Source: Octopus sinensis
Taxonomy: Eukaryota
Length of the DNA stretch: 64,000 bases
Direction of reading: 5' to 3'
NCBI RefSeq assembly: GCF_006345805.1
Contig: NC_043004.1
Location: 59,396,001-59,460,000, forward strand
The translations under genes and the position numbers were made by a program. Numbering within the stretch: the stretch's first letter is position 1; each line of letters opens with the position of its first letter. Shown here piece by piece: positions 40,154 through 53,320 of this stretch. A model generated the notes under the pieces. That model was not told the DNA's origin and did not search any database. It saw only the letters and a program-made list of their open reading frames with translations.

Positions 40154-41998
40154 ATGGCAGCATCTGCTACTAAAACTGCTATCTTTGCTAAAGACATCGC
40201 CACCAATAACAATACCAACATCACCATCACCGCCACCAAAGACCGTGCCGTCAATGCTACTAATACCACTAACACCACCGCCGTCATCAAGAACGACAAT
40301 AACAACAACAACAACAACGACAACAACAATTTCCTTCAACCACTGCTTACTCCATCACCAACAAGTGAAAAAATAACAACGACAACCAAACGAAATGCCG
40401 AAATTTGCGCTAATGCAGGACCAAATTACGCAGACAATTTCCACCCCTTGCTAGTTGCATAATCAGCAACCACAAACCTACAACCTACACCTGCCATCAA
40501 CACCAACACCACCGGCCGTAACAACAATAACAAAACACACAACAACTTCGCCGAGGCGATAAAAGAAAAAGTAACAAGAGTATCGTTTACTGCACAACAA
40601 ATAAAAGGTTGCAGAAACCTTATCACCAATGAAAACGGCAAAATACTCTTACACATACCACAACACATACTGAATGAGAAAAAAAAAGAAAACCATTGTT
40701 TATAAAATAACAAATAAAACAACTAAAAGTCCAGAAAAGGCAAGCACGGACAAAATAGAAAAGTGCCTACGCCCCATCTGGGGATACAAGGATTATGTGA
40801 CTTGGGCGAACAAGTTCGCCCACGTACAGGGTGTTTTTCAGAATGAAGAGTTGGCGAAGAAATTCTCAACGATAACCCTTCATTCTGATGAACTAACGAT
40901 GACACCGAGTTACCTTGGCCAGAATGTGACGAAGTTCATTATCAATAATGTTCCCCAAGTAACAACCACACTATGGATAACATCCGCCATAACATCCGAA
41001 ATAGAGGACTTAAACATCCTGGATATCGCTGTTTCGAAAAACAAGGACTGGCTGGGAAAGAGAATGGAGTTCCTATTCCACATAAGTCAAGACGACATTA
41101 ATAAAATTCCCACCCACGTAGTAGTCGAGGGCAGAAGGCCACGATGCTATACACGTGGTGTTGAGCCAAGTGACCTCAAAAAGGAGTGCAAATCTGCCGC
41201 TAAATTACAACAACAACAGCCACAGAAAAAACCACAAAAGCCAGCATTATTGCCCACACCACAATATGGGACGGCTAATCAAGATGCATAAATGCTGAAA
41301 AAACAACAAAGAAACAAGCAACCAACCAAACAACACCAACACCAGCGCAAAACAGATCATCATCACACCAACAACAACAACTAAACCAATTCCAACACGA
41401 GAATAACAACGAGAGACAAGACAACAAAGGATGTAGGAGAGACAATAACCACAACAAAACCCCCAGCAACACCTCCCGCGCACCACAACAATATCTACAA
41501 CCGCACAAACAGACCCAGACGCTTTACCCTTACCCCTGCTGATTCGTCAGACTTTTCATCTAACGATGAAAGTTCGACAGAATGGCAAATAGCCACAGGG
41601 GGTAAAAGAAAAAGATAAAAAAACCCAAACAAGAAATCGCAACCAAAGCAGGGAGATACCTGAACCCTGAAAACTCCATACACAACAAACAAGCACCAAC
41701 ACCACAAAAAACACACACAATGCTATCAGCGATTGACACCAAAGACTCCAAACTAATGGAGTACATCACAGGCCACACAAACATTGTGAAGATGACTTTA
41801 AAAATAGCAATCATCCACGCACCCACCACCCAAACACATCAAAATACTACCATCACACAAACACAACACCACAAACTCAAACCCTCTTCCCAAATGCTGT
41901 AGGGGGTTTCCAAAAATATCTCTCCCAAAACTTTATAAAAACCTCTCGAAGACACATCAAAGAACGAGGAAGCCCAAAACTTTCGACACAGTAAGTAA
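40154..41998 (+). pseudogene. ORF1 (disrupted; start uncertain), copy 2
   Basis: KASTDKIEKCLRPIWGYKDY...VVVEGRRPRCY is homologous to copy 1; knuckle degenerate; ends RHSK*. Confidence 0.7.
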
Positions 41999-42044
41999 CT
42001 CTCTGTACTCCTTTTTGTGTTTTAAAGCACACCCCAATAGAATC

Positions 42045-45000
42045 ATGGTCAAAATTGGTTGTGTGAACGCGCGTGGCTTGGGTCTCCTTGGAAACAAGGA
42101 TACCTCCTAAATGACATCAAGTCACATGATTGGGAATCATAGCCATAAGTGAGACCAGAATCCACGAGCCACGGGCCCTAAAGTCCATGTTTGGCGGACA
42201 GTTTAACATTTATTTTGCTCCCTGTCTGCCGAGGATGGGCGGTAGTGGCACCGCGGTACTTTTCACAAGAGCCTGGATCTCGAAGTCAAGACGATATTCG
42301 TAGACCCTGAGGGTAGACTGATCGTTCTGGATGTCGACGGCAGCAATGGGTGCGCTTTTCGACTCGTATCAGTCTACGCACCGCCTTTAACAGGTCGGCC
42401 GGATTTCTTTCGACGTCTAGAAGCATTCCTGGGAACGTCTCGTCCTTTACTTTTAGTGGGGGATTGGAATGCTACCTTGGACACACATCTAGACTATGTG
42501 GGGAGAGACAAAAACAGAAGGGGATGCAAATGCCTCAGAGACCTGCTCAGACGATTCCAACTGTCTGACAGGTACCGACTCGACCACCCAAATGCACCAA
42601 CGTGGACATGGAGCAACTGCAGTGGGTCGTCGAGATCGTATCTAGATAGGATACTGTGTAGGACAGTAGACAAGGTTAACTTAGGATGTCCACAATTCCA
42701 CACAGTCAGCTACACGGATCACAAATTCGTGACGTGTACGCTAGATTTAGATAAGGCACATAGACAGGGTCCTGGGTACTGGAAACTGAACGCATCATTC
42801 CCGTCCAGACAAGTTTTCAGAGACGGAATCAACAAAAGGGCTTTAACGGGAGCCATTGTCAACAACAAATGGTGGTTCGCCCTCAAGAGAGCAGTAAAAG
42901 CGGAAGCAATTAGATATAGCAAGGCACTAGCCGTAGATAGAAATAGAGTAGAGGGTGAGTTAGTTAAGAAGTTAGTAGAAGCAATAAGAAGTGGCATCAC
43001 ATCCGACGTTTTAGCGGCGAGGTTGGCCCTTGAACAACACTTCAACGCCAAACACGAAGGGTGTGCAGTCAGGGCTAGGATGCGTGCTCTAAGGATGGAA
43101 GGTGTTGGAGCCGCGAGGGAGGCCCGGGTGGCGGAGGCGCAGCAGGGCAACAAAGCCACCATTCGGTCTCTGGTAGATGAACAGGGCGCGAATTGCTCGA
43201 GCCCAGCAAGATTTGCGAGACATTTCAGCAGCACTTTGCCCGACTGTACGGGAAGAGTGGTGAGCGTGAACGCAGGGTGGACTTCAGTGCCTACCTGCAC
43301 AGCCTACCACGACTCTCGGCAAGAGAGGCAGAGTGCTGCGAAGGTGCCATCACAGCGGCGGATGTGCGGGACGCGATGGCAGAATGCTCGAGAGACAAAT
43401 CGCTGGGTTTGGATGGTCTGCCCTACTAGTTTTACAATTGTATGCCAGACTTGTTTGGAGACGTCTTGGCAGCGGTATACTGCAACTGGCAGCAAAACGG
43501 GAGCATACCCGGTTTTGTGAGTCGAGGAGCTGTAACTCTGCTGAAGAAAGATCCAAACAAGGGGAACATTATAGATAACTTTAGACCAATCACTCTGCTC
43601 AATGCAGACCTGAAAATTTTGACAAAGATGTTAGCCAAGAGGTTGGCGCTTTTCATCGAGAAACTGGTCGACAACGCACAAACGTGTGCCGTGCCGGGCC
43701 GGAGCATCCATGACAACCTCCATCTGATACGCTACATCATAGACAGGGTAGTTAACGAACCTGGCATGAGTGGGGCCCTGATCCACTTGGATCAATCGAA
43801 AGCCTTCGATAGGGTAGACCGTCGATACTTGGAGGCAGTCCTGAGAGCGGCTGGTTTCGGTCCCGTCTTCCGCGGCTGGATAGTTGCCTTGTACAGAGGC
43901 ATCCGTTCGGTAATTCGCGTAAATGGACATCTATCGAGACCTTTCGACATTGCACGTTCGGTCCGTCAGGGATGCCCCCTCTCGGCGCTTCTATACGTAT
44001 TGACTCTTGAGCCACTACTGCGGAAGCTGGCAACTTTGAGGGGCATCCCGCGAGAATTGGGATGCGAGACGAGCGTGTCTGCATACGCGGACGACGTCAC
44101 CGTCATAGTGTTAAGCCACGAGCACATCGAGCGGGTCGGCGAGACACTGAAAGACTACGAAGCGGTGACAGGAGCAAAAATCAACCGGGAAAAGTCAATG
44201 GGCTTGCGGCTCGGCACCTGGAGAAGCAAACCCATGCCGTCCACCAGTACCTTCATCGTGGGACGCTGGACAGGTTAAGTTCCTCGGGATCTGGTTAGGT
44301 CCGGACCTCCAAATGGAGAAGAACTGGAACGAGATAACGAGTAGGGTGGTCACTCTCGCCCAGCAATGGGACGAGAGGAAACTGTCCCTAAAAGGTCGGG
44401 CGGAGGTGGCGAAAGCGTACATCGCGTCCATCATCTACTACTGCCTGACCGTCGTACCTTGTCCCGACCCTACCATCACCAAACTAGAACGCATTCTCTT
44501 CTGCTTCTTGTGGAAAGGATGCGTCCCGATGGTCAGGCGATCCATTTGCTGTCAACACCCGTTAAAAGGAGGGCTGGGCATGCCGTGGTTGATGATGCGC
44601 AGACACGCGCTGAGACTGTGACATCTCCGGCTCTATGTAGACGACGGTGAACAGGTGTGGTCACCGTTTGTGAGGCACGCTTTCCCGCAGCTCGTCTCCA
44701 TGACCGAACTGCAGTCGTGCATCAAAAAGAGGCCGAGGAAGGGCGAATAGCACCGCGAGTGTCGCGTTGCTCTCAAGCAACTCTGCCGTCCCGGGTCGAC
44801 CTTGAGTGACTTCAACACAACCAAAACATTCTATAGGGGATTAGTGGAGGGGAGGTACGACGACGATCTTGGAGCAAACCTGGGCGTCGACGAGGAATAC
44901 CTGACCCGCCTGTTTCAAACGACTTTCGGCCTGGGACCTATGGATAACTTCCAGAGATCCCTGGCCTGGCGGTGCTACCGAGAAGCGCTACCCGTTCGGG

Positions 45001-45461
45001 ATAAGCTCTATAGGCATGGCTCGAGAAACACGGGGCCGACCTGCCCGAGATGCGGGCAGAGCGACGAAACCGCTCTGCATGCAATCGTGCAGTGTCCAGC
45101 AATTACCGACCTGTGGACTTATGTCGAACGACTGCTGTCACGTGTGGGACGTGTCGGTTTATCAGCCGAGTCTATCGTCAATATCGTCACGCCTCCTTCC
45201 TTCAAACGGGAAGGAAGAGCTACTTTTATCATACTTGTGGCTATGGCGAAAGAATGTATCTGGTGGACGCGCCTGAAAGGATTAGAGACAAACACTTTCC
45301 TCTCTGGTCAATCTCTCATCAACTTCTTCAAGTATCACTTGGAGAGGAAAGTGAGAGTAGAGAGGCAAGTTTTGTCTAGTGAATGTTTAAAAAAAAGATG
45401 GGTGAATGTAGCAAGGATGGCACGTATGAACGACGAAGCCACCTTGACTATGATTCTATGA
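42045..45461 (+). pseudogene. ORF2 APE endonuclease-RT-zinc finger (few disruptions), copy 2
   Basis: MVKIGCVNARG, GDWNATLD, YTDHKF, YWKLN, QGCPLS, YADD, CPRCGQSDETALHAIVQCP. Confidence 0.93.
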
Positions 45462-45810
45462 ACCGTAAAAATTAATACAGAGAGTTGCTTATTTGCAAAA
45501 AAAAAAAGAAGAAATATAACATGTGACTTCATTGACCGAGGTTACCGTGGTGTTTTCCGTAGGCTTTTCTTTCCACGGGTAAACCTCACCTGTCCTCCCC
45601 TTTACACTTCATATTGACATTTCTGTGATAACGATCCCTATTGATCAATTTCCCCCCTTTTTTTGTTTTAACCCCCCCTTTTTTGTCCTCTTTCTTTCCT
45701 TTTACGATCCCTTTTGATCGAACCCCCCCTTTTTTTTACCCCCAAAAGAAAAGCTCTACCTTGTAATTTGTTCTATCTGTGTGCAGCCCTGTGTGGCTAA
45801 TAAAGAAACA

Positions 45811-45850
<40 letters not shown>

Positions 45851-45864
45851 ATTCTATCTGTCTG

Positions 45865-45895
<31 letters not shown>

Positions 45896-46002
45896 GTCTG
45901 TCTGTATGTCTGTCTCTATCGATCTATATATCTGTTTCTCACTTTGTCTATCTATTTGTCTGTCTGTCTATCTATCCTTATATCTGCTTATCTATCTGTC
46001 TG

Positions 46003-46079
<77 letters not shown>

Positions 46080-46554
46080 ATCTATCTATCTATTTATATG
46101 TCTGTCCATTTCTTAAAATTGGGGATTCGTTTTCGCTAAAATAACTATATTATTCTGCGTTTAATTATCCTTCAAAAAACAATGAAATCGTATCAATTTT
46201 TCACCTGGTCAATGTTTTCATTATACTACAACCCGGTGGACTTGATTGAAGTAGAACCAGAGGATGTATCAGCTTAGACACATGCCCAGTTTTGTAGAGC
46301 ATGAAAGCACAATCCGGATGTTAAATCGATTGAAAATATTCTCGCTTGGTATTTATTGCATGAAAGGCAATGTTTATTCCACTTTCGACACTTGGAGAAG
46401 TATTGATGTCATACGATTTATTCAAATTCCCCGCTGAAAGCGTTAGAACTAACGCAGATGACAATAGCACATTTTATTGATTAAAAAGACGTGTAGAACA
46501 ATGAAGGTATTTGATGTTTCATTTGCTATAATCTTTCACTGGTAGGGCTTTAGA

Positions 46555-46606
46555 GTAGTAGTAGTAGTAGTAGCAGCAGTAGTAGTAGCAGCAGCAGTAG
46601 TAGTAG

Positions 46607-46643
<37 letters not shown>

Positions 46644-46740
46644 AGCAGCAACAGTAGTGGTAGCAGCAGCAGTAGTAGCAGTAGTAGTAGTAGTAGTAGT
46701 AGCAGCAGCAGTAGCAGCAGCAGCAGTAGTAGTGGTGGTT

Positions 46741-46774
<34 letters not shown>

Positions 46775-46830
46775 AAGAAGAAGAAGAAGAAGAAGAAGAA
46801 GAAAAAGAAGAAAAAGAAGAGGAAGAAGAA
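46555..46830. repeat. compound (AGT/AGC/GTC/GAA)n trinucleotide array
   Basis: direct. Confidence 0.9.
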
Positions 46831-47123
46831 GGAGTTTATTTTATTTATGCGCCCTTTTCAAGCCTAGTCAAGCCCGGTTTCCTTATTTCTGTGGCGTATG
46901 TGTTCCCCGCCAGTCCATCGCATCTTTACCCAAGATACAGGAAGAAAGATTGAAAGTTGTGGCGAAAGAATGCAACAAGGGTCGCCACCATCCCCTGCCG
47001 GAGCGTCGTGAAGCTTTTAGGTGTTTTCACTCAATAAACACACACAACGCTTGGTCTGGGAGTCGAAACTGCGATCCTCCGACCGCGAGTCCGCTGCCCT
47101 AACCACTGGGCCATTGCGCCTCC
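46830..47123 (-). mobile_element. family-C SINE
   Basis: reverse complement of head plus the same tail type as 14946-15215. Confidence 0.85.
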
Positions 47124-47334
47124 ACAGTAGCAGTAGTACTAGTAATGATAGCCATATTAAGGGAATGGGTTAGTCAATTAAATCAACCCCAGTACTCGAC
47201 TGGTATTTAGTTCATCGACCCGCGATAGGATGAAAGGTAAGGACGATCACGTCCGAATTGAACCTCAGAAAACTTGTGACCGGAAGGCATCCTGCAATGT
47301 ATTTTGTTCGCTTCCTTAATAATAATATTTCTTG

Positions 47335-47494
47335 TGGAGTGGCTGTGTGGTAAGTAGCTTGCTAACCAACCACATGGTTCCGGGTTCAGTCCCACTGCGT
47401 GGCATCTTGGGCAAGTGTCTGCTACTATAGCCCCGAGCCGACCAATGCCTTGTGAGTGGATTTGGTAGACGGAAACTGAAAGAAGCCTGTCGTA

Positions 47495-47528
<34 letters not shown>

Positions 47529-47868
47529 ATGAACGGATGCACTGAAGAAGCACGGACATTTGAATTACGTAAATAATTCTTTTGTTAAGGCTGAAACCAA
47601 GGTATGCATTTAATTCTGTTTTTAATATAAATTTTCATATGTCATGCCCGCCAAAGTTGGTTCTGGTGTTCGCTGTATTTTTCCTCTAGAGAATTTCCTG
47701 TAGTTTGATCGTTGATGGTCTATTTCTAGCATACGGCCGACTCCCTAGCAGTAAGCCCTGCCAATATACACATATATTAGAATTGTCTCTGATTTCTCAG
47801 ATTTTTGTATGCTGGACTACTGGTTTAAATTGATATTAAAATTAATATTAATTTATCTCCCTCATTAT

Positions 47869-47934
<66 letters not shown>

Positions 47935-47941
47935 ATATATA

Positions 47942-47979
<38 letters not shown>

Positions 47980-48200
47980 TTGTGTGTCTGTGTTTGTCCC
48001 CCTAGCATTGCTTGATAACCGATGCTGGTGTGTTTACGTCCCCGTCACTTAGCGATTTGGCAAAAGAGACCGATAGAATAAGTACTGGGCTTACAAAGAA
48101 TAAGTCCCGGGGTCGATTTGCTCGACTAAAGGCGGTGCTCCAGCATGGCCGCAGTCAAATGACTGAAACAAGTGAAAGAGTAAAAGAGAAAAAAGAGAGA
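47335..48200 (+). mobile_element. family-B SINE split by ~340 bp of unrelated sequence in its (TA)n tract
   Basis: 5' half 47335-47495, 3' half 47960-48200. Confidence 0.8.
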
Positions 48201-48439
48201 GTACTATAGTCACAAGTCCTGAAGTGTCGATGGAGGTAGTGCAGTAATTTTATTATATTAACGTAAAATCGTCGTAGAATTTTCTAATATTTTCGTAAGG
48301 CCAGAAATTTCCAGTAAGGTGCGATTACATCGACGCCATTGCGCAGTGCTACTTATTTCATCGACCCCGAAAATATAGAACGCAAAGCAGACCACCACGG
48401 CAACATTTGAACTCAGAAGGTATAGGGCCAGAGGAAATG

Positions 48440-48563
48440 CCCTTATCAAACGGATAGTCATGATGGGTATACTGGGCTTTGTGTATTTTACTCCAGTGTC
48501 ATTTTGATGGCATGCACTGCTCTCTCAATTAATAATGATAATAACAATAGCAACATCAACAAC

Positions 48564-48629
<66 letters not shown>

Positions 48630-48803
48630 AATAATAATGATAATAATGATAATAATAATAATGATGATGATGATGATAATGATGATGATGATGATGATGA
48701 TGATGCCGACGACGACGACGACGACAACGATGATGATGATGATGATGATGATAATAATAATAATAATAATAATACTGATAATGATAATGATAATGATAAT
48801 AAC

Positions 48804-48839
<36 letters not shown>

Positions 48840-48840
48840 G

Positions 48841-48904
<64 letters not shown>

Positions 48905-49297
48905 GTACCAGGCAGTGGCTCTCATGGCTTCTGATCTTAACTGATTGGAAGTGTTATCATGTACATTGTTTTGTCTTGGTATAAAAGATGGGCTACAGCA
49001 AATATTCTTCTCAATACCAGAGATTTGCTTGTCAGTTGTTTGACCTTAACCAGTTGAGCATGTCCCTTAGTGGCCGACAATATGCGCATCTCTGATCACG
49101 AGCAGAAGTAGTGGGGGAACATCATGTCCATGTGTTGAGAGGGATTTTTGGGGTTTGAGTGATTTATCTCTGGAAACATGGGTGGTTCGTTCAACATCCT
49201 GAAACAACCCTTACTCAATGACCTTTTGAGCGGGATGTGTCAATTGACCAGAAGAAAATTCTAACTGGGCCCCACCTGCAAGGTCATGCGCTGTTGA
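48440..49297. mobile_element. two family-D fragments abutting one (AAT/GAT)n array
   Basis: 48440-48528 and 48904-49297 match opposite ends of 18659-19210; array 48530-48903. Confidence 0.75.
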
Positions 49298-49309
49298 TCA
49301 TAATAATTA

Positions 49310-49520
49310 TTTCTTTACTACCCACAAAGGGCTAAACACAGAGGGGACAAACAAGGACAGATATCGACCCCAGTGCGTAACTGGTACTTAATTTATCGAC
49401 TCCGAAAGGATGAAAGGCAAAGTGGACCTCGGCGGAATTTGAACTCAGAACGTAACGGCAGACGAAATACGGCTACGCATTTCGCCCGGCGTGCTAATGT
49501 TTCTGCCAGCTCGCCGCCTA
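49310..49520 (-). mobile_element. family-A SINE (tail 1, small internal deletion)
   Basis: matches 25191-25420. Confidence 0.9.
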
Positions 49521-50453
49521 CTGATTATAATAATAACAACAACAACAAAAGCTATAATAATGAGACGGAATTTGAACCCAGAATGTAATGATGAACGAAA
49601 TGCCGCTACGCATTTCGACGTTATAATGATTGTGCAGCAAGTGTACCAATGTGAAACAAGGAAAGAGATTTGGGAGACCTCCTTGATGCCATCCTCCCCT
49701 TTCTTTGTTTTTATTTCTTCGATCTCGAACAAAGGAAAGGTGTAAGGGATAGAAAGAAGTTTGAGATCGTTATGATTTGATCTCGGAATGCAAAATATCA
49801 ATGAGCAAATACGCTAAATATATGGCATGGACGAAAAGAAACTCGTTCATTCCAGGTAAGTATGGAAAAATCGGTAAACAGATGATGATGATATATGCAT
49901 ATGTATATATGCGTGTATCTGATTGAGAGAGACACAAAGATACAGAGATAGTGAGAAAAAGAAAGAGAAAGAGAGAGATACTGAGAGCGAGAGAGTAAGA
50001 GAATATATGTCTGTTTGATTGTATCTGTGCATACGTATATAAAATTATATATAAATTTATACGTAATTATCTCACGCGCTGATAAGGAAAACGAAACCAT
50101 TCGTTAATCAATAGCAGAGTTGATAGGAAATAACAACAACGTCATTTTTGTTGTGAAAGGACGTTATAAGAGTCTGTGGACAATGCCATAATCTGACCGT
50201 CTGCTGAGTAATGGAATCCGCCGTGGTTGTTTATTATGTCTTATGGTGTAAGACGGAATAGTAAGAAAGAAATTCTAGAAGAGACGGAATGAATAGAAAA
50301 GAGAACATTACAGAGAAAGATTACGAAACAATGAAAAACAGGAAAAACCATACTCACGCATACACACACAATACATGTACACATACGTATATATGTATGT
50401 CTATAACTATGTGTGTGTGTATGTATGTACGTATGTAAGTATGTATGTATGTA

Positions 50454-50517
<64 letters not shown>

Positions 50518-50585
50518 ATCTGTAAAGAACATAAATCCGAAAGAAGAGTCACAGTCTAAGAAGTACAGCAGTATATATTTAAAAC

Positions 50586-51000
50586 GGGGAAGGCTGGTTT
50601 AGCCTTGTGGCGTATCGTCAGATCTCCAAAACTTGTTGGCCCAAGACCTTTTAAAAATGTGGAGGATAAAATGTCTCACTACTCAAAGGTAACAATTGGG
50701 GATTGTCACCCTTTGCTCTTGCTTATCGGCTTCCGGCTGTGCTGCCATCTTGTGGGGTCCAAAAAGCTAACAGTTCCTACTATTTTTTTCGAGAACGCAA
50801 GATGGCGGTATAACCGGATGTGGATAGCCAATAGCAAAGGAGGATAATCTGGAATTGCTACCTTTGAATAGTGAAATATTTCCTCTTGCATATTTTCAAG
50901 AGGTCTTGGTCTAACAGATTTTTAGGATCTGATGGCACACCATTAAGCTAAACCCTTTATGGACGGGAAATCTGAGGTAATCTCATAAATCGACCTTCCC
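50586..51000. mobile_element. old MITE-like element, ~160-bp diverged inverted arms
   Basis: 50596-50755 vs reverse complement of 50795-50954; GGGAAGG / CCTTCCC outer ends. Confidence 0.6.
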
Positions 51001-51034
51001 TATTTTTAATATATATATATATAATATATATATA

Positions 51035-51082
<48 letters not shown>

Positions 51083-51186
51083 ATATACATATATATGTAT
51101 ATTTATATATACATATATATAAATAACATATATATGTATATATGTATATATATATATCTATATATACATACATAGATATGTATATC

Positions 51187-51229
<43 letters not shown>

Positions 51230-51236
51230 TATATAT

Positions 51237-52009
51237 AAGTCTGTGAGGGACCTGGGTATCGACGTGAGTGATAATACCTCTTTCCAAGTGCACATTACCA
51301 GGATGACGACAAAGTGCAGACGACTGGCTGGCTGGTTGGATCCTAAGAACATTCAGAACCAGAGATAAGGAAACCATGATGGTTCTCTGGCGGACATTCG
51401 TCCTCAGCCGCCTGGATTACTGCTCACAGCCATGGTCACCCACCAGTGTGAAATTAACAGCGGACGTTGAAGAAATCCAGAGAAGATTCACAAAGACGAT
51501 CGTCTCTTTGCAACAGCTCAGCTACTGGGAAATGTTGAAACAGCTAAGTCTCTACTCCCTGGAGACAAGACGGGAGAGGTATGCAGTAATATATGTTTGG
51601 AAGATCCTGGAAGGAATTGTGCCAAATTTTGGCATTGTAAGCTACACCAATGCTAGAACGGGACGACACTGCATAGCCCCAAAGATCCTAGCAATGCCAT
51701 CACGCTTCAGGGCCAGCTACTGCAACAGCCTGGGTTTCAAGGGCCCACAGCTGTTTAATACTCTCCCAAAGAGTCTGAGGAACTTGTACAAAGTAGATGT
51801 AGCGGTTTTTATATCAAAGCTGGACATCTTCCTGTCGAGAGTCCCAGATGAACCTACCTCACGGCAAGTGGTGCAAATGAGAGTAGCTATATCAAAACTC
51901 CATTCTTCACCAAGTGCCGCATATTAGAGGAGGCTCTTCGTAATAACAGTGTAGCACAAAACAGCGGTGCATCAGCATGGCCGCAGCTCTGAGCTGAAAC
52001 AAGAAAAAA
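51237..52009 (+). mobile_element. CR1/L2-type LINE 3' fragment (RT thumb/C-terminus plus 3' UTR)
   Basis: VRDLGI, ILRTF, LWRTFVLSRLDYCSQPWSP, EEIQRRFTK, LYSLETRRER, GPQLFNTLP; frameshift near 51325; 5' end lost in (TA)n. Confidence 0.88.
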
Positions 52010-52055
52010 TATATATATTTAATATATATAATATATAAATATATATAGATATAGC

Positions 52056-52452
52056 TTTATATATAAAAGTGAAGTTGTGTGTCTGTCTCCTACGATTTAG
52101 ATTCCTAACTACTCCCACATTTTGCGGTGCAGCTTAACCAAAACCGGGTATCTTATAGTCGTGATTCATATCGAGCCCTTCTGGGTAGTAGCGCGTGTCT
52201 ACGATGAGTCTACGATTTCAAAAAAAAATTATCATCATTTGTTCCCATTTTAATGCATTTTTTCGCTATTATATAAGGGAAGTAACTCTCTAAAAATGTC
52301 TACGATGAGTCAACGATTTAAAAAAAAAAATTACCATAATTTTTTTCCCATTTTTAATGCATTTTTTTGCTATTTTTTGGCTATAACTCTCTAAAAATGC
52401 TTATATAGTTATTTCCCTTACAAACCCGAGCAACGTCGGGCGATACTGCTAG
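52056..52452 (+). mobile_element. non-autonomous Helitron
   Basis: starts tatatataaaag..gtctgtc; ~100-bp internal duplication; ends cccgagcaacgtcggg hairpin plus CTAG-T. Confidence 0.75.
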
Positions 52453-52957
52453 TTATTTAATAAAGACACTATATATTTTTAAGCGTTACTAATAGTTTCA
52501 TGCGATGAAAATATCCCACACGGCATTTTATAACGCGTTTGGTGTCTCCGTACTATCTTCAGTCTCTGCCCACTTAAAATAACAGGCTAGAATAGTATGC
52601 AGAGCCGGAGAATTGCCTGAAGGCACTAGATGTGTTATATAATGCCGTGTTGTTTTAATTGCCTGACACTATTAGTACCTTATGTAAATATATACTGTGT
52701 TTAATAAATAGTATTTATCTCTCACCACATGGCGTACCTCTTTTGCTGATCTTGCCTTCACAGTACAGTTAAAATATATATATATAAGACGAAAAGAGAA
52801 AAGAAACTGTAAATAGACAGCTAAAAGACACGAACCCCTCAAATTCCTGCTGACAGCTTTACCATTAAGCTAAACAACCCGCTGACAAGTATCATCATCA
52901 AATTAATCAATAAAAAATATAGCTTTTGGATGCAATGACATTTTGTATTTATGTATG

Positions 52958-53320
52958 TAGGCGCAGGCGTGGCTGTGTGGTAAGTAGCTTGTTTACCAAC
53001 CACATGGTTCCGGGTTCAGTCCCACTGCGTGGCACCTTGGGCAAGTGTCTTCTTCTATAGCCTCGGGCCGACCAAAGCCTTGTGAGTGGATTTGGTAGAC
53101 GGAAACTGAAAGAAGCCTGTCGTATATGTCTCCCCAACATCGCTTGACAACCGATGCGGGTGTGTTTACGTCCCCGTTACTTAGCGGTTCGGCAAAAGAG
53201 ACCGATAGAATAAGTACTGGGCTTACAAAAGAATAAGTCCCGGGGTCGATTTGCTCGACTGAAGGCGGTGCTCCAGCATGGCCACAGTCAAATGACTGAA
53301 ACAAGTAAAAGAGTAAAAGG
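52958..53320 (+). mobile_element. family-B SINE lacking the central microsatellite
   Basis: body joins tail directly at gtcgtatatgtctcccc. Confidence 0.9.

Larger units (their letters stand above)
39681..45810 (+). mobile_element. Tx1/L1-clade non-LTR retrotransposon, copy 2 (near full length)
   Basis: same architecture as copy 1; followed by (TATC)n 45811-46100. Confidence 0.92.

Noticed and set aside
41991-42040. Possible mini-intron (gtaagt...tag) between ORF1 and ORF2
   Set aside because: gtaagt is explained by the conserved ORF1 end (Ser-Lys-stop) in both copies
47530-47575. CTGAAGA core-like motif
   Set aside because: No stem II pairing and no GAAA/NUH arrangement
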